Assembly: GCA_964016885.1 (NCBI GenBank)
Contig: OZ024743.1
Span: 355,322,001-355,386,000, forward strand
Length of the DNA stretch: 64,000 nucleotides
DNA from: Eledone cirrhosa
Lineage: Eukaryota
Direction: 5' to 3'
The position numbers and the translations under genes were made by a program. Each line of letters opens with the position of its first letter. Position 1 is the stretch's first letter. The notes beneath the pieces were generated by a model, which did not search any database, was not told where the DNA came from, and saw nothing but the letters and a program-made list of their open reading frames with translations. Below, piece by piece: positions 52,901 to 64,000 of this stretch.

Positions 52901-54177
52901 GAATGAATAAATGAAATAGTTGCTATACTAACTATATGGGCTAATTTATACACAGGTACACACACACACACACACACATATATACGGAGTATACGCAGGC
53001 ACAGACACACACCCACGTGTATATACACAGAAATGTCTGTACCCCTGTATATACACACACTCAGATATGTCTGTACCCCACACACACTCAGATTTATACG
53101 TGCTCATAGAACCAAACGTTCATACAACCATATATATATATATATACAGGCGCAAGTATATATATATATATATGTATTTGCCAGCAGTACACCATAGGTG
53201 GTAAAAAAATTAGATATGTATAAGAAGGGTGAAAAAGTAATAGGAAATAAATGTAATTGAAATAATAACAATGATAAAATCGGTGATACAAATAAAAGTG
53301 ATGATACTAATTGTGGTAATTAATAGGATGCTGGTGGTGTATTAGTATGTCTGATGTGCGCGGTGTGCGTTCATGTGGGTGAGAGTGGTGAATACATGGT
53401 GATATGTTTAATAATGAAGAACATGATAAGGAATATACTATTAACAAGAATAACAATGGTAATTAGTGTAACAGTGGTAACGGGGACGATGATAAAGTTG
53501 ATGAGATATAATAATAATTGTGGTAGTTAATAGGATGTTGTGTACGTGCCTATTGTTGTCTCTGTTCAGGTGGTTAGGTTTTGGTCTGTCCGTGGTTTAT
53601 GTCCGAATAGCATAGCGGAGATTGTATGGGTTTTTTTTGTGAGTCTACCACAATATATTCCCATAGGATATTTATCTAGGCGTACCGCTGGCACATACAT
53701 ATATACGTCGAATATTAGCGGTTTTTCACACTTCGTGGGTGCTCTCTGGACGTAATCCCCGCTAACACCGGGGGACAACTGTGTTTGCCGTTTCAATAGC
53801 AAATGAAAATAAGTTGTTTAATGTAATTTCGTTCAAATATATTTCTTCTGAGATGTGGCTATATTTATGAAAGGATATTTAATTATTCTTTAATTGGTTC
53901 CAGTCACTAAACATGCTGGAGTACAACATAAAGTGAATTTAATTGATTACGTTGGTCCCTGTAGCTTTTGTTATATCTGGTACTTATTTTGTCGAGCCGC
54001 AACGGAGTATCTTGACCAACACCGAACCGTACACCGAGTGTCGTTACATCGTGTAGACCCTGGATATATAAAACTTACTTCAACCTCAAACCTGTACCTG
54101 ATCCTGGAGGGTAAGACGATTTGCTTCTATTACGCACACTTATGTACACCACTGACCCCCAGACCACACATAACCAA

Positions 54178-54362
54178 TAAATGTTTCTACTTTTGGCACA
54201 AGGCCAGCAATAAACCAGTGCATTACTGGTACTTTATTTTATCAACCCCCGTAAGGATGAAAGGCAAAGTTAACATCAGCGGGATTTCAACTCAGACCGT
54301 AAAGGGGAGTAATTCTATGCAAAGCATGGCGTCCAACCCTCTACCGATACTGCCAATCTACT
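54178..54362 (-). mobile_element. S1 SINE
   Basis: Collinear with 1446-1634. Confidence 0.85.
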
Positions 54363-54843
54363 AATAACACACACTAGTTAGAAAGCATACATCAGCACAA
54401 AGCATACCTAACACACAGTCAACATCACAAATGACACATTACCGAAGACTACCTGAATATATTCCCTACAAACAGTAATGCACCCAGACATTTTACATAA
54501 CTGAACAATATATCCAATCCCAATGCTAAACACTTTCCACACACTAATCTATACAATATTCGACGCCAAAACTGGCCATACTGGATCAATAGTTACCCCC
54601 CGCTCTTTGTCCTTCTTCTTAGTGAATGGTCTTATTCTCCTTAGTGAATAGTCTTATCACAAAATGTCCCTCTGCAAGGGCCATCCCAACCTGTTTATTA
54701 AACTATAATCTCACCCCAAAGAAATACATTTGAATCAAATAAAATCAAACAGATTTATTTCCCACTTTATATCGAAGCAGTAAAAGCTTAACTTCGGGGC
54801 AGAGAATGCTTATAATCTCCTCTCTGTCTGTCTCTCTATATAT

Positions 54844-55054
54844 GTATAAAATTTGATTTCAAAAAATGGCTTCTACAGGTCAAGAACTGTTTTATAAGAA
54901 AGAAATCATCAGGAAAGCTTTTCCTGGTGGTTTCTTTCGAATGAAATAGTTCTAGTCCTGTAGAAGCCATTTCTATATTAAATTTTGTATATACTCTACT
55001 AATGTATTGAGCACTTCACTTACTGTGATTACCCCCCAATTGAAACCGGGACTG

Positions 55055-55055
<1 letters not shown>
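54844..55055. mobile_element. Fold-back element (arms ~54844-54916 and ~54919-54992) plus tail; family of 4463-4570
   Basis: Centre atcatcaggaaa-gc-ttttcctggtgg. The right tail has GAGCACTT and ends at (TA)n. Confidence 0.85.
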
Positions 55056-55078
<23 letters not shown>

Positions 55079-55086
<8 letters not shown>

Positions 55087-55467
55087 TAAACAAATAATGA
55101 ATAAACAATTCCTTATATTAAACAAAAAAAGTTCATTATTTAACGATCGTTTCTAGGATATATATGTGTTAGAGTTGGCATGCATATTCAACAGATCTAT
55201 GTACAAAATTATACAAAATTATACAAACTATCAAGATTAAATATACATACCAACACATATATACGCCGTCTTCAGAAATAAATATTTGTTTAATATAAGG
55301 AATTGTTTATTCATTATTTGTTTAATATTTTATCTTGACTCTGTATACCGTTTATCTTTCACCGAAAGTGATTTTTCATTACATCTCTTCTTTCCATGAT
55401 ATCCGGAATACATTGAGTTCTTCATACGGATTGGACACTACCGTAAACTCTTGGTAGATTTATCTAC
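55079..55467. mobile_element. Fold-back element enclosing a long-stem HHR (arms 55079-55125 and 55285-55333, tail to 55467)
   Basis: ~48-bp perfect inverted arms; (TA)n on both sides. Confidence 0.88.
55136..55281 (-). ncRNA. Type I HHR with ~115-nt stem II
   Basis: Minus strand: ttattt-CTGAAGA-cggcgtatatatgtgttgg...ctaacacatatatatccta-GAAA-cgatcg-TT-aaataa. Confidence 0.7.
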
Positions 55468-55572
<105 letters not shown>

Positions 55573-55698
55573 ATTTACATATACACAAACTAGACAAAGT
55601 CATAGATATATATATATATATGGTTTTGGCAACCATTCACGATGTGGCTCAATGACGAACTAATTAATTAAATAATCAACAATCATAGCAATATATTG

Positions 55699-55730
<32 letters not shown>

Positions 55731-55796
55731 CGCATATATATATATATTATAGAGAGGTATAAATATGGGCTTCGTATATGTGTATGTGTATGTGAC

Positions 55797-55862
<66 letters not shown>

Positions 55863-56009
55863 TATATATATAATAGACACATTTGTCCGAGATTTCTTCA
55901 TAAGAGCCTTTATTCTTATAGCCTGGTCTGATTGATCTTTTGTATGGTTAATTATGCTAATTGGGAGAGGAAATGGTATATACTATATCTAGTGATTCTA
56001 AAGACATAT

Positions 56010-56083
<74 letters not shown>

Positions 56084-56263
56084 CACATAAGGACATTCAT
56101 ACATATCGGTGTGGGTATGTGTATGTAGATAAGTACATATGTAAGTCAAAATGAAACAAATTCATAAAACAATATAGTAGGAGCAAGGCCTGCGGCAAAG
56201 AATTCTAGATAAGGTACCAGGAGACAAAGACGCTGGAAGATAAATCGCTACCAGTTATGTTTG

Positions 56264-56345
<82 letters not shown>

Positions 56346-56417
56346 AGCGCGTGCGTGTGTGTATATATAATCATTTATTTACATGTGTGATGTGTGTGTG
56401 GGTCTGTGTGTGTGTTA

Positions 56418-56450
<33 letters not shown>

Positions 56451-56493
56451 CTATACATATATGTATATATATACACACATAATATATAAATAA

Positions 56494-56686
56494 TATAATT
56501 GTTTCTACTTTTGGCACAAGGCCAGCTATTACCCAGTTCATTACTGGTACTTTACTTTATCGACCCCGTAAGGATGAAAGGCAAAGTTAGCCTCGGCGGG
56601 ATTTGAACTCAGAATGGCAAGGGCCGTAACTCTATGCGTCAAAGCACGGCGTCCGACCCTCTACCGATACTACCAATCCACCGCCC
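56494..56686 (-). mobile_element. Full-length S1 SINE
   Basis: Starts ggcggtggattggtagtatcgg on the minus strand; AAT tail. Confidence 0.88.
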
Positions 56687-56711
56687 TTATATAATATATA
56701 ATATAATACAA

Positions 56712-56809
<98 letters not shown>

Positions 56810-56897
56810 TATGCATATATGTATATATATACACACATAAATATATATATATATATATAGACATACATACATATATATATATATATAATATAATATA

Positions 56898-56952
<55 letters not shown>

Positions 56953-57027
56953 GACATATATTACATATGTATCTGTATGTCTCTTGGGTGAAAAGGAGGT
57001 CATATAAGTGTTCATTCAATAATAAAT

Positions 57028-57074
57028 TGCTCCGAAGAATTCAAACCTCGGTTTGGAGGAAACAGTTGTAAGCA
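57028..57074 (+). ncRNA. Minimal type I HHR with U4C core
   Basis: tgct-CCGAAGA-a-ttcaaacc tc ggtttgga-g-GAAA-cagttg-TA-agca, within a ~160-bp island between (TA)n arrays. Confidence 0.65.
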
Positions 57075-57164
57075 TAAAAATGTTTTGAACAGTTCTTTGA
57101 TTCTTATATTTCATATATTTCATATATATAGACATACATATATATATATAATATAATATAATAT

Positions 57165-57240
<76 letters not shown>

Positions 57241-57602
57241 TACATATATATATATATAAGCACGTAGAATGTCTTTAATTATGTATTATTTTCTTTAATT
57301 TCATATAGATTTCAATAAACAACTTCAATGCTAATTAATTTGAACAACCTTTACAAACTCTCATTATTTCAATTGACTGCATTCTGTACGTCTGGTGTGG
57401 CTGAGGTTTTGTTTGTGGGTCTGTTCTTCCTGTTGTTGCATCTTTTTATGTATACATAAACAAAATCACATACAAACATTAACATACACACACACAGAGA
57501 AACACACGCACGCACATACACACACGCACATATGAGTTTATATATATATGTATGTATATATATAATACATATATATATGTATATATATATACGTACACAT
57601 AC

Positions 57603-57654
<52 letters not shown>

Positions 57655-57664
57655 GCATACTTGC

Positions 57665-57837
<173 letters not shown>

Positions 57838-57912
57838 GTAAGTATGCATGTATATAACTGCCGTACTAAGAGTGAGAAATGAAATTTCGTTTCATTCTAT
57901 TCCATTTATATA

Positions 57913-58103
<191 letters not shown>

Positions 58104-58549
58104 GGTACATATATATGTACGTGTGTGTGTGTATGCATTTAGATATATATATATATACATATATCTAAACATATATATTTACATATATATAAAGAGAGAG
58201 GGAGTGAGAGAGAGAGGGGAAAGGCGTGTAAATGTGATCTCGAATGTTTTACTCCTACCTCCAATTTTTATAATGTTCAATATTTCAACTTCACAACCAC
58301 ACCGTATTCGACTTAATTTTTTAATCTCCTCAGACTGCCACTCCTTGTTTTATTTACCCCTACTACTATGTTATATGTCTATCTTAGCCTACCTTCTACC
58401 ACCTTCCACATATCCTCCACCTCCACAACATGCCATGTATAAATTAACATTTTCTTGCTGAGATCATGTTATTAAATTTTTAGTTCATTTAAAATTTGTG
58501 ATTTTCTTTTGATTTTGTTCTGTATATAAAAATATAAATATATATATAT

Positions 58550-58701
<152 letters not shown>

Positions 58702-58749
58702 ATGTATATATATATATAGACATATATATACATATATATACATCCATAT

Positions 58750-58796
<47 letters not shown>

Positions 58797-58861
58797 TATG
58801 TATGTATATATATACTGTGTATATATATATATATTTATACATATTATTATAACTATTTAAG

Positions 58862-59053
58862 GGCGGTGGATTGGCAGTATCGGTAGAGGGTCGGGCGCCA
58901 TGCTTTGAAGCATATAGTTACCTCCCTTTATGATCTGAGTTCAAATCCCGCCGAGGTTAACTTTGCCTTTCATCCTTATGGGGTCGATAAAATAAAGTAC
59001 CAGTAATGCACTGGCATAATTGCTGGCCTGGTGCCAAAAGTAGAAACAATTAT
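58862..59053 (+). mobile_element. Full-length S1 SINE with ~17-bp TSD
   Basis: attattataactattta on both sides. Confidence 0.9.
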
Positions 59054-59300
59054 TATAACTATTTATAAATATTTATATAAGTATTTATACATATCATAAT
59101 TAACTCCAAAATCTTTTTCAAAAATTATGGTCGAGTACTCCATATTAGTAAAGCCATGCTGCTGTATTAAGTATTACCGCCCACCCTAGCCAGTACTGTC
59201 AGTTGCTAACCGACTAGCAGTTAATGCCACATGTGGGATACCCGCACCCACTTGAAAATATAGTAATATGGTCGATTTTAAAGAAATACCTCATAGGATT

Positions 59301-59405
59301 GCTGGCCGATGAGAATCTCCTTGTCCGGGATTTACTGGTTATGGATTTATTATTAATCGATGGCCGGGGGATTCTCTACAGAATTTGAAACGGTATTGTG
59401 CCAGC
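59301..59405 (+). ncRNA. Decayed type I HHR
   Basis: gctgg-CCGATGA-gaatctcc...ggggattc...GAAA-cggtattg-TG-ccagc. Confidence 0.45.
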
Positions 59406-60486
59406 TTAGACAGAGATGTTTGTATTCCGGCAGATTTTGTGTGTTAAACTAAGAGGATACTGGAGGTTTCAAGTGATGAAATTGTGAGTACTTTAACGTT
59501 ATAAATATGTTAATCTGTCTGTATAATAATTACACTATATTCGTAGCTTAGACATCTGACTGGGAATATAGTATTACATTTAATCCTATGTTTGTGCTCC
59601 AAATGAATTTGTTGAGCAAATTGTGAACAATGAGATCGAAATCACTGGATATCGACCTAAATCTTTAAATATATATATATATATATATATTTGTGTGTGT
59701 GTGTAAAGTAATTCATCACCGTTGCACTCGCAGGATAACAACACTAATGGAATAGTTAAAGTGATCCCATACAAGAAATAGATTATTTGGTTCAGAACAA
59801 ATATCATAGACTACCCGTAGTCTCCATACATAACATGCATGCATTTATACATGCATTTATGCATGCATGTATCTATGTTTGTAGGTATATGTGTACGTAT
59901 GTGTGTGTATGTACGTGTGTATATTTGTTTCTGTCTCCCTGTATCTACGTTTATGTTATTACCCGTTATGTCACATAAAATAGCTGTTCGGCAAATCGAG
60001 ATGTACCATTATTTGACTGAATTAAATACTGAGGCCGATATGATAATGTTGATACCCAGACTTCTGGGAGATGCCAAGGGCTTGAATGTACAGGCTGACC
60101 CGAGGAAAGCGTTAATATTCCCATATTGCTATAACAACACAACACCTCGACTGGCATAGTCAAATTCAACTAAAAAGACCTCCTTCTTTATATGACAGTG
60201 TATTGGGACGGCAATATTATTTGGACAAATGAACGAAAGTAAAAAAATGAGATGGGCTGCTGTGGATTTATAGGAAGATCCATCATTTTCTACCTCGCTG
60301 GCATTGGACTTAGAAAAGGGAGTAGGGGTGATTTAAAAACTTAGAGGAAGTTTAAAGTGTTTTATTATAGATAACACAAACGCCGAGAGAAGAGTGTAAA
60401 CTCGCCGACAAGGCGTAAACATAATGAGTAAATGGGGTTACAGCTGCATCATATATAGAAATATTTTGTTACGGGTGTTTACAATT

Positions 60487-60520
60487 TCTTCTTCTTCTTC
60501 TTCTTCTTCTTCTTCTTCTT

Positions 60521-60551
<31 letters not shown>

Positions 60552-61370
60552 AGAGGGTCGTGGGGGCGGAAACCTCAAACACGCATCCCAGCGAGTCTTG
60601 TCAGAAGCAACCATCTGCAAGTGATTCGGCTAGATCACCAAGCGAGACCAGACAAACTCATAGATGTTATCCAGCCATCTTCCTCGGGATCTGCCCCTGA
60701 GTCTTCTGACTGTTGGTTTTACCCGTAAAATCTGCCCAGCAATTCTAATTGCATGCCTTTAGTATCGGAGCTGTGATATTTCAATTCGGAGAAGTAGCCG
60801 CTCTAGCTGGAACAAGTCCCTGATCTCCAAGCTACGTTACTCCAAAAACCCTTCGGAGGAATTCCATTTCGGCCGCTTGTATGTTCGAGAGTATTCTTTC
60901 GGTTATTTTCCAAGATACGTGACCTTAGGTAAGGGTTGGCATAAATATCGAATTGAAGATAGCGAGTTTGGCCTTTGCACCTACCCCCCTTCTGATTATC
61001 GAATGCTGAAGTTGGCGCATTATTGCACCAGCTTCTGCAACTCTTGCACTTAACTCAGCCCCCTGCTTTTCATCACTCGTTAACGCAGCCCCGAGACACT
61101 TCTCTATCTGCTTCAGTGGAACTCCATTCACATGCAGGCTTTCTTAAGAGGAAAAGTTTCTCTGTCTTCTCAATTTCTCGAAGACCTGCTATAGTGTGAA
61201 TATTTGGTCGGTTGAGCTGTGTCCATGGCGAAAACCATGCTCTTCATCATCTAGCTTGGATTCGACAATCTTCCTGCATCTTTTTGCCAGACACTGAGCA
61301 TAGACTTTACCGGGGAGGCTTAACAAGGGGATTCCTCTGTAATTGGAACAATCTCTCTTGTTTCCATTTC
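60487..61370 (-). mobile_element. RTE LINE fragment with (AAG)n tail, internally deleted
   Basis: Minus translations CSNYRGIPLLSLPGKVYA, GFRHGHSSTDQIF, AKLAIFNSIFMPTLT and RGRSRGRWLD. Confidence 0.88.
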
Positions 61371-61845
61371 AAGTAGTGAGGTCTATATAATTGTACCTTC
61401 TCCCTAATTCCTGGTCGCGTGCCTATGTAAGGAATTATTAGTATTAATTAATATTCATATCGTCGTTTAGCGTGTTCTTGTTCATGTTGTTTTTGTTAGT
61501 TAATTTCATTCACTGTAAAACTCTCTTGTGTTTTCAATATGAATATTTGAGTAGCACGTTTAAACATATATATATATACATACACATATATATATATATA
61601 TATATATGTCTGTGTGTGTGTGTGTGTATAATGCGTACATATATAAATATACAGTTATCAACATTTTAACAAACATATATACACACATGTATATGAATGT
61701 ATGTATGTAGATATGTATGTATGTAGGTTTATAAGTATGCACGTATATATATATATATATACCTAGAGCGGGTAACATTCCCGAGATAAATATATAATTC
61801 CAATCCGCCCCTCCCTCCCTTCCATCTGTCTTATTTCTCATTCTT

Positions 61846-61881
61846 TCTTCTGATGAAGGACTAGAGTCCGAAACGTCAATA
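61846..61881 (+). ncRNA. Ultra-minimal type I HHR (family H1)
   Basis: tctt-CTGATGA-a-ggac taga gtcc-GAAA-cg-TC-aata, within the 61795-61967 homologue of 29125-29295. Confidence 0.75.
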
Positions 61882-62364
61882 CCCTCTTCCTGCTATTTCA
61901 AGTGTTAACCTAATATATTCCTTCCATATACTGTACCGATTGTGTTGTTATTTCTGTTTATCTTTTACACACACACACACACACACACACATACACACAC
62001 ACACACAGACATATATATAGATATATATGTGTGTGTATGTATATATATATGTGTGTGTGTGCGTGTATGAGTGTGTGTGAGTGTGTGTATGAATGTATGT
62101 ATATATGTATATATGTGTGTGTATATATGTATGTATATATGGATATACATACATATACATACATATATATATATATATATATGTCAGAGCAAACATCACG
62201 GACGCTCTATCTCAAAATTATTTTTGAAAAGCATTAGAAATGCGCAACTGGTAAAACTTAAAACCAAAACTGAATACTAACCAATACTATTACTAATTCT
62301 CACTTATTCCTAATTAAACTATTTTTCACTGTGAACAATTTGTCAGCATTTTCTTTTCCGTTTA

Positions 62365-62443
<79 letters not shown>

Positions 62444-62456
62444 AAAGATATAGATG

Positions 62457-62485
<29 letters not shown>

Positions 62486-62487
<2 letters not shown>

Positions 62488-63185
62488 TGTCATACTTGGG
62501 GAGGGTCATATTGTTGTAATAATATTGCCAGAATTAATAACAGAACACACCCAGTGTTTGGTTGGTTTTCGTTTCTGTATCTGTTATTCATTCGGTCCTC
62601 AATGTTTGCCATTGACTGACCAACGGTAAAAATACAGATATAATATAGATATAAACACATATATATCTAACAAAGTTCTTTCGTTGCACATCTGCAACAT
62701 CGTCAGTGGTGCTATTATGTTCCTCCTGTTCTGTCGTATATTTACGCCATCTTTATTTAATCTGTTTATTTATTTATTTATTTTTGTCTTCTTCTCTGCG
62801 TATGCGTTGCGTGTGCGTATAGTGTTTGGTGTGTGTTCGCGTTTGGGTGACTGTGTTTTGGTTATTGTATTCTATCTTAGTTTACTAGTGTGTGCTTATA
62901 TGTGTTTGTTGTTATTGTGCTTGTGTATATATTTATTTATTTATATTTCACTTAGATCAGTATTGTTTGTTTGGGTGTTGTTATTCCATTCATATTTTCT
63001 GTTTAGCTTTGGCCTTCTAAGTTCTATTTCACTTACCTCTCTGATTTGCCTATCTGCTGGGTCATTTTTATGTTTAGATATTATTTTAATTTCTATGTTG
63101 TCTATGTTACCGTCATGTTGTTGTCTGGTGTGTTCGTATAGTACTGAACCGTTTTTTCGTCCTTTTAGCTCTACAGCTCCCACCG
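62486..63185 (-). mobile_element. 3' fragment of the same PLE family as 4690-7003, with HHR at 62669-62710
   Basis: GRKNGSVLYEHTRQQH...RQIREVSEI...LN. The UTR is collinear with 6345-6965 and the HHR is almost identical. Confidence 0.92.
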
Positions 63186-63756
63186 AAATATTAATATATA
63201 TATATATATATACTCGTATATTAGTAATATACAAATATCGTTAAGCACAGGTAAACTTGTATTATCTATTATTTTTGCAGTCATAAATATATACGTGTAT
63301 TTGTGTTTGGAAATATGTGTTCATCAATATGTACACACATATATAATTAAAGAACTGATAAGAATAATTCACATTAATCTTTCCAACTGAATATGACAAA
63401 GTTGAACGTTTAACAAAGATATTTGTCAAATTATTAAGTTTGGATTTCTATCTACAAACATACACATCTTTACTGGTGTAAATTGCATCTCTATGCATAC
63501 ATGTATGTATGTATATATGTTTGTATGTATGTATGTATTTTTGTATGTATGTTTGTATGTATGTATGTTTGTATGTATTTATGTATTTATGTATTTATGT
63601 ATTTATGTATGTATGTATCTATGTATCTATGTATTATGTATCTATGTATGTATGTATGTATGTATGTTTGTATGTATGTAGAAAGAATGCAATCTAAAAT
63701 ATTTGAAAAAATATATTTGCACCTATCCCACATTTATGTATATACTTTTCTCTCTC

Positions 63757-63844
<88 letters not shown>

Positions 63845-63896
63845 TATATATGTATATATATATGTATAAATATATATATATATATATATATGTATA

Positions 63897-63980
<84 letters not shown>

Positions 63981-64000
63981 AGTATATATACACACTGCTT

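Noticed and set aside
53566-54120. ORFs at 53566-53802 and 53894-54364 as exons or transposon proteins
   Set aside because: No recognisable motifs. The second runs through two SINE remnants.

Overview
This is not a prokaryotic window. It is AT-rich, repeat-saturated animal DNA, intronic or intergenic. The mix of (TA)n/(CA)n/(TACA)n microsatellites, Deu/Nin- and Meta-type tRNA SINEs, RTE, R4/Dong, Tx1-like L1, Penelope-like elements (PLEs) and Helitron debris suggests a cephalopod such as Octopus; that assignment is inference. I found no host gene I can support with confidence, and most ORFs in the track are translated microsatellites. Recognisable coding relics are several PLEs (RT plus GIY-YIG; Neptune-like, Naiad-like and one unassigned), four R4/Dong RLE fragments, several RTE fragments, one Tx1-like L1 and two Helitron pieces. 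The main unexplained structure is about 30 minimal type I hammerhead ribozyme (HHR) motifs, found by eye. About 14 have intact cores, including U3-A8 compensatory and long-stem-II variants. Many sit in short, protein-free, asymmetric fold-back (palindromic) elements inserted in (TA)n arrays. Some of these carry a ribozyme on both strands, and unrelated families share a GAGYRCTC motif near their 3' tail. A second, parallel niche is (TACA)n, occupied by R4/Dong fragments and bipartite RTE-derived non-autonomous elements. All structures were read manually, so coordinates may be off by a few nt and activity is untested.
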